From positions 640,001-704,000 of the forward strand of contig CAVWVI010000003.1 in assembly GCA_963758495.1 (NCBI GenBank): a stretch of 64,000 nucleotides of DNA, given 5' to 3'. The notes under the pieces were generated by a model. That model saw nothing but the letters and a program-made list of their open reading frames with translations. It was not told the origin of the DNA and searched no databases. Source of the DNA: Oligoflexia bacterium (GTDB lineage: Bacteria > Bdellovibrionota > UBA1018). This document shows positions 29,745-40,704 of this stretch, piece by piece. The stretch's first letter is position 1. Each line of letters begins with the position of its first letter. The position numbers and the translations under genes are program-made.

Positions 29745-31619
29745 TCATTGTATAGATGCATCTTTCTCTACTGCAAGATACTTATCTTTACTTTCACAGT
29801 TATCATAAATATCCGCAGCAAGAGATCCAATTTCATCTTCCCAAATCTCACTTCTTCCATCTAGCCCGCCTTGAGTTTTTCCCCAATTCCAAACTTTTTC
29901 TGCCGGGGCCTGACTTCCAGTTTGCTTCATTTTTTTTGCAGCTTCTTTAAAATCAGGGTGAGCATTTTGCCAAATAATATCTTCACTTGCTCCGTTGAAT
30001 ATTTCTACTTCAATCAATTCATTATTTTCAGCTATTTCCTCCAACTGAGCATACATTCGTTGATTAAGCTGATTAATTTCTCTATTTATTTCAGCAACCG
30101 CTGCCCTTTGAATATGTAGAACTCTACCCATATGAGCAGATAACATTTTTCTCCAAAGAGGAGCAGCACTCTTCATATGCTGAAAATGAATCAATTCTTG
30201 CTTCAGTATGTTCATTTGAGAAATTAAATCTTCCGATAGTTTCTCATTAGGTCGACCATTAATCTTCACCCGCTTAAACTTTTCATTTAATTTACGAACA
30301 TCTGCTAGTAACTTCAAGAGCATCAATCTTTGCTCATTCTTCCCTTCTTGACTCAGCTGATTAGCGAGCCCATTTTCTTTGAAAATTAAATTGATTTGCT
30401 CCTGATTGGCAAGAAATACAGAGGACCGAATCCATTCACTCGCTATGGGTGCTGGAACTTGAGCACTTGCAAGCCCTTTTGCAAAATCAACGGCCCGATG
30501 ATAATGATCAACTTGTAATTTTGGATCACTTAACGAGTCATTTTTTAACCAAAAATAGGAGTCTTTAAAATTTCTTCTAAATGATTGAATCACACTCATT
30601 GCATCAGGAAAACGGCACATCTCGTTTAATGCCATAGCCATGACCATAAGGGCCTCAGGAGCAAAAGTTTGCTTCAGCGCTCCCGACTGTAGGCCAATAG
30701 CAGTTCCAATTGCCTCCCGGTATCTTTGCATCATTAAAAATGACCACGAGAGTTCAGATAATCCATGCACTCTTTCATTAGAACGCATCCCAATAGATTG
30801 ATAGTGCTGAACCGCATCCTGATATCGTTCGAGCGCGTATGCCGCCCTTCCATAAAGCAGGTGAGCGCGATCCATAAAAGATTTAAATAGATCATTTCCT
30901 TTAGCATTTAAAAAGAATGAGTCCAAATCCTTCAATGCTTCTGTGTATCGACTTTGCGATATATGAAGGACTGCTAAACTAAAATTCTCATAAGCGCCAG
31001 AGCCATTGAGTAAATCCAAAATTTCAGGGGTATTATGTGAACCATCTAAAGCAAGGTACATCGCAGCTTCCCAAATACTAGATTTCAGGATTTTAGAATT
31101 TGAAGATAGATTCGAAATGGCTGAATTGAGTTCAATAATCCTGGGTATTAAATTTGCGTCAATTAGAATTCCTGAATACTTTCTATGAATAAATGATAAA
31201 CACCCAAGAGCTGCTAATTGAAAAGGCGCCGTATCAGAAATTACCTCACTTTTTAAAAGTGCGCTAAATCCCTTTTCCGCTAAATGCACCAAACCAGCAG
31301 AGAAAAGGACCCGAGACATCCAGTACTCAGAGAAAGCTCGCTCTCGATCACTCTTTGCAAGTTTTCGTAAAGCCAAAGCTTCAGAAAAACCTCGAACTTT
31401 AGAGCTCTTCCTTAAGGCAGAGCTTTCAAACTCCTGAACCCAAATTGAACCTTTTAAACTATCATTATCAGGCCACGACCATCGCTCTGACGGAGTACAT
31501 GTCTCCTCACTATAAACCGATGAAATTTGACTTTTAGATGGAAGTTCTGCAGCACCTACCATCCGAGTCGCAGTCAAAAAACAAAAAATAAAATAACCAA
31601 CGGTTTTATTTTTAAACAT
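29745..31619 (-). CDS. Exported TPR protein (GltC-like)
   Basis: Signal peptide, TPR helices (ELSWSFL, PEALMVMAM), C-terminal EIWEDEIGS...C resembling the GltC tail. Confidence 0.65.
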   Translation of the reverse strand: MFKNKTVGYFIFCFLTATRMVGAAELPSKSQISSVYSEETCTPSERWSWPDNDSLKGSIWVQEFESSALRKSSKVRGFSEALALRKLAKSDRERAFSEYWMSRVLFSAGLVHLAEKGFSALLKSEVISDTAPFQLAALGCLSFIHRKYSGILIDANLIPRIIELNSAISNLSSNSKILKSSIWEAAMYLALDGSHNTPEILDLLNGSGAYENFSLAVLHISQSRYTEALKDLDSFFLNAKGNDLFKSFMDRAHLLYGRAAYALERYQDAVQHYQSIGMRSNERVHGLSELSWSFLMMQRYREAIGTAIGLQSGALKQTFAPEALMVMAMALNEMCRFPDAMSVIQSFRRNFKDSYFWLKNDSLSDPKLQVDHYHRAVDFAKGLASAQVPAPIASEWIRSSVFLANQEQINLIFKENGLANQLSQEGKNEQRLMLLKLLADVRKLNEKFKRVKINGRPNEKLSEDLISQMNILKQELIHFQHMKSAAPLWRKMLSAHMGRVLHIQRAAVAEINREINQLNQRMYAQLEEIAENNELIEVEIFNGASEDIIWQNAHPDFKEAAKKMKQTGSQAPAEKVWNWGKTQGGLDGRSEIWEDEIGSLAADIYDNCESKDKYLAVEKDASIQ

Positions 31620-31621
31620 AA

Positions 31622-32395
31622 TTATTTCCCGAAAGGCATAAAGCTAATTCCGAGAGTAACCACATTATTAAAATTGTTACGATCACCGCGGGATTGTCCA
31701 AGTATTGCTGGAATCACCTGTTCGATTATCGTCTCCCGATAGTACATTAAATTGTAATCCAAGCGGATGGATAGAAACTTGTTTAAATAAAACCGTTGTC
31801 CAAATCCAACAGAAGGGGTCATGTCATTTCCAGACCCTGTATTGGTCATTCCATATCCCCCTAAAAAATAAAAATCATAATAAATAATAGATTTTCCTAA
31901 CACACTCAATTTTCCATAAAAAATACTTCCCATTCCTTCCAAACCCACATAGTAATTAGGAATATTTGTATTTACAGTTGCTCCTTGCACAGCCTGGAAA
32001 GTCTCTAAAGCTGCAGATGGGCTTACTAGATCTTTATATGCATTTAAATGAAGCGATACATATTCACTCAGATGATATCCAACCGATCCTCCTAAGGTTT
32101 TTACAGATAGAAATGGATCAGAGTACAGAAACCCACCATAGAGAGAAAATTCAATTTTTCCCTTTTTAGAAAATGTTCTATTTTGAACTACCCCCAACTC
32201 TGTTTCATTTCCTCGAGCCCAGTATTTCTCTTTGATAGAATCTACATTCACTTGCTCAGCATCCGTCCCGGATGAACTCACAGGCTCCTTGACTCCTGCA
32301 CTATCCGTCACTCCTATACTGTCTGCCGCATAGGCAAATGAACTCAAAAACTGAAACACATAAATAAATGAAATAGTTATTTTAAAATACTTCAT
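31622..32395 (-). CDS. Outer-membrane beta-barrel protein (GltA/GltB/GltH-like)
   Basis: VVQNRTFSK, SDPF, YGKLS...IIYYDFY, GFGQRFYLN, C-terminal GISFM. Confidence 0.75.
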   Translation of the reverse strand: MKYFKITISFIYVFQFLSSFAYAADSIGVTDSAGVKEPVSSSGTDAEQVNVDSIKEKYWARGNETELGVVQNRTFSKKGKIEFSLYGGFLYSDPFLSVKTLGGSVGYHLSEYVSLHLNAYKDLVSPSAALETFQAVQGATVNTNIPNYYVGLEGMGSIFYGKLSVLGKSIIYYDFYFLGGYGMTNTGSGNDMTPSVGFGQRFYLNKFLSIRLDYNLMYYRETIIEQVIPAILGQSRGDRNNFNNVVTLGISFMPFGK

Positions 32396-32402
32396 AATTT
32401 GC

Positions 32403-33563
32403 TTACCTCCCCAAGGCTTTAAAAATAAATGGATACACTATAGCAACATCAACTCCTCCAGTAGGCTTAGGAAACTTCCATTTGAACAAGTGACTGAGAA
32501 TACACTGATCCAACGAGGCATCTCCTACTGTTGAACTGTTTATTTTTCCTGATTTCACATTCCCTCCTCCCTGAATTATAAAATCCACAACAAGCTTTCC
32601 TTGAACGGAAGGATTTTTAATCATCGCCGACTCATAACAGTAGCGAACCTCTGCCAAATGGCTGTGAATCACTCTACCCACCTCGTCCTTACTAAGACCA
32701 TCTTCCACCTTCGCATCTTGAGTACTGAGAGATACAAATGACTCGCCCTGACCCTTTAAACTCACTCTTTCCCCCTTTCCATAACCCACTGAATTCCCCG
32801 CGCCTGCCCCTCCTCCTAATGCACCTACAACAATAGGGTTTGAAGAAAGCAACCCCGCTACCGGCGTCAGTGTTCGAGACTTTTGACCTTGATCAAACAT
32901 TGCACTTAATGCTGCTTTTGAATTCCTATCCGATAATAAATCGGACTTTGCCAAAAGCGCGAGCACCCCGCCCTTCAACAGCTTTTGAGTTGATTTTTGA
33001 ACTACTGTAGATTGAAAGGCTCGAATTAAACTCCCTGCTTTCTTACTGGCACCCTCCTGTTCTTGAGCACTCTCTTTATTTTCAGTTAAACCCTGACTTA
33101 CCTGAGGAGTAAGAATAAATTTTGCAAACTGTGGCGGAATTATGGCCTCATCTTTAGAATGAAAAAAATGAGAAGTTATCATTGCAATAGAAATCAGCAC
33201 ACATAAACCTACAAAAGAGGAAAGCACTGATTTTCGAAATGTTTTAATCTCTTCTAAATCAACCACATCCTGTGGTTCAATATAATTCGATTTCCAATTT
33301 AAGGATATTTCCCCTGACCTTACGGGATAGATCCTAATCTTTATATTATTACTTAGAGAATGTTCCTGATTCAGTAATTGATTCTCAGGTATATTTTCAA
33401 CTGTGACCTCATTTAAGTTTCGAACTCTAATTCCATCCTTAGTTCGCTCTAAAACAAAATTAAATGGATACCCCAGTCCAAACGGTTTCGAAGAATTCCA
33501 AATCTCGCTCTTTAATAATTGATCACTCCTAGAAAGAGTATTAATAATAAAATGATTACTCAT
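32403..33563 (-). CDS. AgmX/PglI C-terminal (TonB-like) domain membrane protein (GltG-like)
   Basis: Single TM, Gly-rich linker, GLSKDEVGRVIHSHLAEVRYCYE...WKFPKPTGG...YPFIF. Confidence 0.85.
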   Translation of the reverse strand: MSNHFIINTLSRSDQLLKSEIWNSSKPFGLGYPFNFVLERTKDGIRVRNLNEVTVENIPENQLLNQEHSLSNNIKIRIYPVRSGEISLNWKSNYIEPQDVVDLEEIKTFRKSVLSSFVGLCVLISIAMITSHFFHSKDEAIIPPQFAKFILTPQVSQGLTENKESAQEQEGASKKAGSLIRAFQSTVVQKSTQKLLKGGVLALLAKSDLLSDRNSKAALSAMFDQGQKSRTLTPVAGLLSSNPIVVGALGGGAGAGNSVGYGKGERVSLKGQGESFVSLSTQDAKVEDGLSKDEVGRVIHSHLAEVRYCYESAMIKNPSVQGKLVVDFIIQGGGNVKSGKINSSTVGDASLDQCILSHLFKWKFPKPTGGVDVAIVYPFIFKALGR

Positions 33564-33856
33564 TCTAAATACCTCATTTCCCTAAGTGTTTCTTTATTCT
33601 CTGTTCGAAACCCTTTTCTTTTACGATAAAGATGAATATTATTTTTTCGTTTTTGAGTATCTGAAATTTCACTCAGCGAGTCCAAGGGACGTTTATTCAC
33701 GCCTTCTACTAGATCTCCTTCAAAATCAATTACCTTTTGACGAGTAGACGCCTTATTTTCCTTTGCTAGAGCTGGAAATATAAAACATAATACAACAAAA
33801 ATATTACACAGACTCATAATCAGGCTTCGACTCCAGTACTTAACAAATACATTCAT
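33560..33856 (-). CDS. GltF/CglF-like small exported protein
   Basis: Signal peptide; KVIDFEGDLVEG motif; located between gltD-like and gltG-like genes. Confidence 0.7.
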   Translation of the reverse strand: MNVFVKYWSRSLIMSLCNIFVVLCFIFPALAKENKASTRQKVIDFEGDLVEGVNKRPLDSLSEISDTQKRKNNIHLYRKRKGFRTENKETLREMRYLE

Positions 33857-36800
33857 AATTTCCCCTCAGACTTATCTTTTAATAATTTTGTATTTATATT
33901 ATTTATTTCATTTGCTAACCGAAGCGAGACCTCAACGGAGCCCGTATGAGCATAATGAGAAAAAAGTGCTTTATCTAATTCTAACTTATTAGGAGTGTCT
34001 AACTCCTGAACAGCCTCCTGCAGCTCGACTAATCCTTCTGCTTTCGCCCCTGACGCAATCAAAATCAATCCTTGCATTACCTTTATTTCTGCTTTAGAAA
34101 TAATATTTTTAGCTTTCATTTCTTGAAGTAGATATGCATTTTTTTCCCAAGCATGATTCTGAAAGGATTCCAACCAGAGTTTTTTAAGTAACCATGGAAG
34201 TTGTTTAGAAGACTTACTAAATTCTTCGCGAACTTCTTTTATTTGCAGCGCACTATAATCAGAACTAGATGTAATTATTTTCAATGCATTTAACTCTAAA
34301 CTATCTATTGATGATTTTTCACTCCATTGAGGAATTTTATTCTTTATCTCTCGCACTTCAATATCAAATAAATCAGAATTACTTTCTTTAATAATTCTAA
34401 AGTCATCATCTTCAATCGATGAGTTTGAAGCTAAGTGATAAGCCTTTTTACCAATATCTTTTGATCGCTCCATGAAGGGCTTGACGATTTCCTTCACACT
34501 ATTAGTGTATTCGCTTACTTCCTTAGTATTCATGTCTTTTGGAATAGAAATATTTTCAAGAGTTGTACTAAAATCTAAATAAACTCCAGATAACTCTTGA
34601 AGTACACGCGCACGGATTCTACTCCACGGCAATACCAAAGCATTTGAAGCGACATTTTCATATTCTTTGATCCATTCTGCCCGGCGGGTAATCGCTTGGA
34701 CAGATGCTTTATTCAAAGGAACTTCCTGTTTTAGACTTATCCGCGCCCGCTCAAAAGACTTAGGCAATAACACACTAAAAATTGGAACAACTGAGATTCG
34801 ACTCAAAGGATCTAAATCTTCCCAACCCTTACTCACATTCCGAAGTAAATAAAGTTGATCTCTTAACTGTATGCTAGTGTCAAACTTTAGTACGACAGCA
34901 GACCATATTACACGATTCTTTTTATTCCCTTTGAGTGCAAGAGTTAGGTACTGATCTAAGTCTGTAGAATCTATTGGATAAGACTTTGGATCTTGTCTTA
35001 AAATATTTAGAGCATTATACCTTTGACACTCAGTCGAAAGCTCATCGCGATCTACCACATTTTTAATTAAAGTATTAGAACAATCAAAATCTGACCTTCC
35101 ATCTATCCATTGAAGGAAATAAATTCTTCGCTGTATTTCATCAAAATTTTTAACACTTGAAGACTTTTGAGTGAGAGCTAAATACCTTTTATAGTCTTCT
35201 ATGGCTTGTTTGAACTCATAGGACTCTTCGGATATTTGAGCTCGATTCAAAAGAGCTATTTCATGCCCGTGAGAGCCAGGATATTTTTGAATTAACTCAG
35301 AGAAAAAATTACCTGCTCTATCCTTCTGCTGGAGTGCAAGATAAGATTGGGCTGTTAATAAAAGACTGTCTGACGCTCTATCACTCGCTTGAAACTTTTG
35401 TTGAAGTACTTTCGCTTGATCAATCGCTTTTAAATAGTCCTTTTTTTGATAGAATAACTCTGCAATCTTGTATGCTGAATTGGCTGCAATTCCTGATAAT
35501 CGCTCTGAAAAAGTCGCATCAACCCACTTCTTTCCGAGGAGTCGCATTGTTAATTTAAATGCTTCATCCCACATCTCACTTTTAATATAGGTATCAATTG
35601 CCAAAGTAGCTGACGGCACTGCATACTGAGACGAACTTCGACTGAGAGCAAATTCGACGAGACGCTGACTTGCCAAACGCGTACTTGCATGAGTATAAAT
35701 GACTCGATTTGCTTCGAATAAGAAACTATCTAACTTGTCACCCGATACAGTTAACTCATGAGATAACGAATCAATCCATGTTACCCATTCATAAGAGGAC
35801 TTCGACAGTTTTTTAATGAGGTCTTGATCTTTCCCCTGATCATATAATTGCGGCACTAGCACCTTAGGAATCAAGTTACTACTTCTGAGATCCTCATAAC
35901 GACTTGCAATTGCCTTAAGCTTTAAATCTGTACTATTTAAATTGCTGTCTTTATGCCAGTTAGAAATAACCCATAGATAGTGCTGCGTGGAGGATTGATA
36001 ATCACCTGATTTAAATAAAGTCTCTGCTAAATTATAGTGAGCTTGCGCAACAAGGGGATCACTTTCTGGCATTATATGAATAAAAACCCCATAAATTGTA
36101 CCCAATGTCTTTAGCAATAAGGATACTTGCGTCGCATTTCCAGATTTTGCTAACCGTGCTTGTACTTCGATGGCTGTTTCACTCAACAACTTTCTAGCTA
36201 ATCGATATGAATCACTCTCCCTAACTACTTGATCGTTAACGCGATGTAACTCTACAATATCTGCAGAAGTTTGCATCGCTTTTTCAAATTGATCTTGATT
36301 CATTTGATGTTCAAATAAGCTCATCACTACTTCAATAGTTTCAGGTCGACGCTTTTCCTCTTCAAGGAGCTGATTTTTCCACTTCATCAATTCATCATCT
36401 CGACGATGAGATCGTAATAGCTTTCCAAATCTAACAGACATCCGACCTAGCAGTGGCCCTTTTTCCAAACTTCTAAAGTAATTCAGTGCGCTTGGTAATT
36501 TAAAATAATCCGGATTTTGTTCATTACCTTCTACAAAGAAAACTACAGCATCCATTAGACTATTTTCTCGAATGGCGGTATCTGATGCAGAAAGTGACTT
36601 CCGAGTTTCTTTGAGATTATCAAAGTAATTGATGTGACGCTCTATATGAGCAAGAGCCTTTTGAATATCTTTCAAATTGAAATATGACCAAGCTAATTTG
36701 TAAAGAGCAAACGGAAAAAATGGTGTCTTTGGATATTTCTCTATTTCATTCAAATATGCAATTGCCTCTACATGTTGATTTTTTTCAATTGCCATATCGG

Positions 36801-37320
36801 CTAAAGCCATGTACGCCGGCATAATTCTGGAAGAGTTTGATTTTTTTACTACATTTAAATAATCACTTTTTGCTTCATCTTTTTTCCCTAATTCATCGTA
36901 AGCCTTCCCACGCATATAAAATGCTAAATCTACTGAATCAAAATTTGGGTAACTATGGATGAGATGTGTTAATGTACTTATTTCATAATTAAGAATTGAA
37001 TTATATCGATCTAAATTTACAATAGTCTTTTTTTGATGAGACTTGGCGTATGTGATTCTAAACTCAATTGAAGCGCTTTCATCATACACTTGCGCCAATC
37101 TCATAAGCAAGCTGGATTCTTCTTTTGAATTTTCATATTTCTTGCTCAGTTTCCTTAATTTTTGAATTGCCAAATTTTGTGACTCCAATGCAGCTCGATC
37201 AACCTGTCGATCCCAATCTTCCCCTTGATCTATGACATCGGCTGAAAGTGGAATAGCTCTCATCAAAATAAGCCATCCAATCGAAACTATTATTAATTTT
37301 GATGAATTTAATTCCTTCAT
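33853..37320 (-). CDS. Large periplasmic TPR protein (GltD/AgmU-like)
   Basis: Signal peptide; many TPRs (ALYKLAWSYFNL, AHYNLAETLF); directly after the exbD-like pair. Confidence 0.75.
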   Translation of the reverse strand: MKELNSSKLIIVSIGWLILMRAIPLSADVIDQGEDWDRQVDRAALESQNLAIQKLRKLSKKYENSKEESSLLMRLAQVYDESASIEFRITYAKSHQKKTIVNLDRYNSILNYEISTLTHLIHSYPNFDSVDLAFYMRGKAYDELGKKDEAKSDYLNVVKKSNSSRIMPAYMALADMAIEKNQHVEAIAYLNEIEKYPKTPFFPFALYKLAWSYFNLKDIQKALAHIERHINYFDNLKETRKSLSASDTAIRENSLMDAVVFFVEGNEQNPDYFKLPSALNYFRSLEKGPLLGRMSVRFGKLLRSHRRDDELMKWKNQLLEEEKRRPETIEVVMSLFEHQMNQDQFEKAMQTSADIVELHRVNDQVVRESDSYRLARKLLSETAIEVQARLAKSGNATQVSLLLKTLGTIYGVFIHIMPESDPLVAQAHYNLAETLFKSGDYQSSTQHYLWVISNWHKDSNLNSTDLKLKAIASRYEDLRSSNLIPKVLVPQLYDQGKDQDLIKKLSKSSYEWVTWIDSLSHELTVSGDKLDSFLFEANRVIYTHASTRLASQRLVEFALSRSSSQYAVPSATLAIDTYIKSEMWDEAFKLTMRLLGKKWVDATFSERLSGIAANSAYKIAELFYQKKDYLKAIDQAKVLQQKFQASDRASDSLLLTAQSYLALQQKDRAGNFFSELIQKYPGSHGHEIALLNRAQISEESYEFKQAIEDYKRYLALTQKSSSVKNFDEIQRRIYFLQWIDGRSDFDCSNTLIKNVVDRDELSTECQRYNALNILRQDPKSYPIDSTDLDQYLTLALKGNKKNRVIWSAVVLKFDTSIQLRDQLYLLRNVSKGWEDLDPLSRISVVPIFSVLLPKSFERARISLKQEVPLNKASVQAITRRAEWIKEYENVASNALVLPWSRIRARVLQELSGVYLDFSTTLENISIPKDMNTKEVSEYTNSVKEIVKPFMERSKDIGKKAYHLASNSSIEDDDFRIIKESNSDLFDIEVREIKNKIPQWSEKSSIDSLELNALKIITSSSDYSALQIKEVREEFSKSSKQLPWLLKKLWLESFQNHAWEKNAYLLQEMKAKNIISKAEIKVMQGLILIASGAKAEGLVELQEAVQELDTPNKLELDKALFSHYAHTGSVEVSLRLANEINNINTKLLKDKSEGKL

Positions 37321-37352
37321 ATTTATTCCTTAAACTTTATCTCCTCTCAAAT

Positions 37353-37850
37353 TTAATCCTTATTCACCGCTACTAGCTTGTAATCTGTAAACCCATTTAT
37401 TGCCGCTGAGGCAAGTACTGACTTAAGAGTAATGTAGGGCACTTTCTGATCGGCAATGATCAATATTTTTGAATCCACTTTCACATTGGCATTTGATTGG
37501 GCAATATATTGTTGGCGTTTTTTTTCAATTTCCAATGCGTGGGTAATAAGCTTAGAAGTTAAATTCGGCTGAATTTCCCCTGAGTCAAATCTGAAATGAT
37601 GAAGATTCACTACTGGCTTATTTTCAACTTGAATATAATTTTCTGATATTTCTACTTTTAGCGCCTCAACTGGTGGTTCCAAAAATTGACTTTCCGGAAT
37701 CTTCATCCCACTAGTCGGCGTAATGCTAACTGCACTAGTTGCATAAGATTTAAGTAAAAATACGAGTATAATTGTAAAAATATCGGCGAGAGAAGTAATC
37801 TGTAATGTCATTTCATCACTTAAATTACGGTTTTTAAATTTTTTTCTCAT
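37353..37850 (-). CDS. ExbD/TolR family (AglS-like)
   Basis: LQITSLADIFTIILVFLLKS with the conserved TM Asp; IIADQKVPY. Confidence 0.88.
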   Translation of the reverse strand: MRKKFKNRNLSDEMTLQITSLADIFTIILVFLLKSYATSAVSITPTSGMKIPESQFLEPPVEALKVEISENYIQVENKPVVNLHHFRFDSGEIQPNLTSKLITHALEIEKKRQQYIAQSNANVKVDSKILIIADQKVPYITLKSVLASAAINGFTDYKLVAVNKD

Positions 37851-37853
37851 AGA

Positions 37854-38306
37854 TTAAAACCCCGCCAACAACACGCCTGGAATAACTTTTTTAAGTTTTT
37901 CCATACATCCTACTATGTGAACATACTCGATTTCGTCTGTCGCATTAAGAATCAAGGAATCTAACTTTGGCCATTTTTGTTTAATTCCGCTAATTTCACG
38001 AACCAGACCTTCATAATCCCAAGCCCCATTTTGAGCACTTAAGTGAATCGTTTGAGTTACTTTTCCACTCACTTTAAGCTCAAATACAAAGGGTGTTTGC
38101 ATTTGGACTTGAAGAATTACTTCAGGTGGCACTTGATTAAGAGCACCTGTAGATCCGGCTCCAGCTCCAGCATCTAAAATTCCAATAGATATAAACGATG
38201 CTGAAACTAACATGAATGTAATCAACACTGTAAAACAATCTACAATAGGCGCAAGGTTAAGCTCAAAATCTTGTGTCAATTGATTTTTTTCTTTTAATTG
38301 ACTCAC
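37854..38306 (-). CDS. ExbD/TolR family (AglQ-like)
   Basis: ELNLAPIVDCFTVLITFML with the conserved Asp. Confidence 0.88.
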   Translation of the reverse strand: MSQLKEKNQLTQDFELNLAPIVDCFTVLITFMLVSASFISIGILDAGAGAGSTGALNQVPPEVILQVQMQTPFVFELKVSGKVTQTIHLSAQNGAWDYEGLVREISGIKQKWPKLDSLILNATDEIEYVHIVGCMEKLKKVIPGVLLAGF

Positions 38307-38968
38307 AAGCTCCTCCCCTGACCTTCTTCATTTTTATCAACTGCATAAAACCTTTGTTTTAAGATATCCATTATTTTAAGAGCTGAATTTTCAACCTCTG
38401 CTATTAAAGTATTCGAACGATTTACTAAAAATGAATAGGCAAGCATACTTGGAATTGCCACAGCCAATCCAAGCATGGTAGAATTCATTGCCGTTGAAAT
38501 TCCTGCAGATAGCAACGCCGATTTCTGTTGAGCGTCTGCATGTCCTACTGCTTCGAATGAATGTATCAAACCGAGGATAGTACCGAACAATCCTAATAAA
38601 GTAGCAACATTTGCAATCGTCGCTAGAAAACTGGTACGTTTCTGAATTGCCTGTGTAGCGTGACTCACCGCTATTTGTAAACCGTCTTCAATCACAGTCT
38701 CGGGCATATGTGCTCGGGCAAGAGCCGTTTTAATTACTTTTGGAATAAGACTTGTTGAGTACTGATCGCAAAGCACTACGGCGTCATTCATTTTTCCTGT
38801 CATTGTAAAACTAGATATCTGTTTAATAAATGAATCTAAATTAGGAGTTGGGTAATTTTGATACAATGCTTTGATCCTTTCTAGAATAATTGCAATACCA
38901 AATGCCCCCATAATCAAAATAGGGAGTACATGTGCCAAATCATTTTTTAAGAATTCAAATACGTTCAT
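38303..38968 (-). CDS. MotA/TolQ/ExbB proton channel (AglR-like)
   Basis: ATLLGLFGTILGLI, GISTAMNSTMLGLAVAIP. Confidence 0.92.
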   Translation of the reverse strand: MNVFEFLKNDLAHVLPILIMGAFGIAIILERIKALYQNYPTPNLDSFIKQISSFTMTGKMNDAVVLCDQYSTSLIPKVIKTALARAHMPETVIEDGLQIAVSHATQAIQKRTSFLATIANVATLLGLFGTILGLIHSFEAVGHADAQQKSALLSAGISTAMNSTMLGLAVAIPSMLAYSFLVNRSNTLIAEVENSALKIMDILKQRFYAVDKNEEGQGRSL

Positions 38969-38991
38969 AATTCATTCCTCTCTTATTCAAT

Positions 38992-40704
38992 TTAGTAACC
39001 TGTTGTTGGTTGGTAGTTTATGGACACTTTATCCGTGGACAGTAAACTCAATACAAATGCCTGATTTGTAATCACCAATGAATTGCCAGAAATTGCAAAG
39101 TCACTACTTGGAACGACGGTAGTACTTCCATCTTGATGAATAATAGTGACAATCATTTCTTCAGTCGATGTAGGCGTACGAGCTAAAGTAAAAGTGCTAA
39201 TTTTTTGAATAATATTTAACCCTATAGCATCTAATACCGGCGAATAATCGGAAACACCGATATCGAGCGTTAACGAACCGTTTCCCACTAACTGACCTAG
39301 CTGAAGATAACGGTCTCCTCGATCCGCTTCATTAATTTTCACAGTACCCACCGTATTATCGATAGCAACACGTGAATTTTGAATTGCTTGAACCGAAGCT
39401 CCTGTCGTTGGTGTTATCACCGCAGTAAAGTAACTTGAACTTCCTGTACTCGATTGATCTAGAGTTTGGAAGAAAGTGTCAAGTTGTTGCTTAACAGTAG
39501 CAACTGGAATGAGTTTAGTTTGATCGACACAAACCCCCAATGTGTAGGTATAGGTGTCTACTGTTTTCGATGAACAGCTCGTTCCCAAACTCCCAAATCG
39601 GCAATTATTTGCCGGGACATTACAGCAAAGTCCATTTGCACCATTAACGAGGGCACTGGCTCCGTTATTAGCCAAAAGTGTAGCCTGATCGCACATGTAA
39701 CCCCAATCTGGACTAAATCCAGCAGGCAGCGAGGAAGGAATGACAAGAGACTGATCATCTTCATCAGAAAGAAAAACAATTCCACGAAGTGAGCCTGGCC
39801 TAAAAAATGTGGTACTAGGATTAGTTTCATTATCTGAAAGAAATTGAAGAAGTGAACTTAATCCTCTTTCCGAACCTGATCCAGAACTTCCCACCGCAGC
39901 ATTCACCATAAAATCATTACTGAGTTTGGTAATCCATGCCGCATCCCCTGCAACTCCTGCAGGAGGAATGGTAGAAATAATTGCTCTTCCTGATCTTACC
40001 GTATCATTTTCTACTGTATTTATACATTGAGAAAGACTCGACTGCCCACTCCCCACATTCGGATTAACACAGTTTGCCGAACCCGAGTAGATTGCATAAT
40101 TATCTCTAATATTACATTGGGTAACGCCTTTCAAAAAATACGGCAAGACCTCAGAGCAAAGCGCGGTAATGGGTCCATCGTGAATTCCCGGCTTTAAAAG
40201 AGCGTAGTCAGGACCCCAGAGAGGATTTAGATCACCATAAGTAAGACCAAAATCGAACGTTCCTGTACTATCATCAACCAAGGTAGAATCCCAAACTGGA
40301 TTTCGGTATGAACTCAGCCAACTCAAACTTGATAGATAACTCGAAGTGTAACCTACCGACCCTAAGATTTGCTTGCTCAAATACCCTGAATAAGCGGGAT
40401 TAGCTAAGTAGGTATCTGTGGTAATTACAGCAACTTGAATATCCCAAGTGGGTAGCAAATACTTTGTGGTGAAATTATGAAATCCGTTGCGAAGTTTTTG
40501 TTGGTGAACATCCATACTTGATGAATTATCCACAACCCAGAGTAAATCTATTTTAGTATTTACGCTCTGAGCGCTAGAAAAAGTCTGATCCTGTTGTAAA
40601 AATCTAAACGAACCCGGAATTTGACCTGTACACTTGGAAAATATTAGCGTTAATATGATTAGAATGGGTCCTATAATTTTAACATTATTTTTATTTAGTG
40701 TCAT
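38992..40704 (-). CDS. VWA/MIDAS-domain exported or lipoprotein adhesin candidate (likely start MTLNKNN)
   Basis: IDLLWVVDNSSSM (DxSxS), VAVITTD, GSGSERGL, FLSDEDD; AGAGGA upstream of the ATG at 40704. Confidence 0.75.
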   Translation of the reverse strand: MTLNKNNVKIIGPILIILTLIFSKCTGQIPGSFRFLQQDQTFSSAQSVNTKIDLLWVVDNSSSMDVHQQKLRNGFHNFTTKYLLPTWDIQVAVITTDTYLANPAYSGYLSKQILGSVGYTSSYLSSLSWLSSYRNPVWDSTLVDDSTGTFDFGLTYGDLNPLWGPDYALLKPGIHDGPITALCSEVLPYFLKGVTQCNIRDNYAIYSGSANCVNPNVGSGQSSLSQCINTVENDTVRSGRAIISTIPPAGVAGDAAWITKLSNDFMVNAAVGSSGSGSERGLSSLLQFLSDNETNPSTTFFRPGSLRGIVFLSDEDDQSLVIPSSLPAGFSPDWGYMCDQATLLANNGASALVNGANGLCCNVPANNCRFGSLGTSCSSKTVDTYTYTLGVCVDQTKLIPVATVKQQLDTFFQTLDQSSTGSSSYFTAVITPTTGASVQAIQNSRVAIDNTVGTVKINEADRGDRYLQLGQLVGNGSLTLDIGVSDYSPVLDAIGLNIIQKISTFTLARTPTSTEEMIVTIIHQDGSTTVVPSSDFAISGNSLVITNQAFVLSLLSTDKVSINYQPTTGY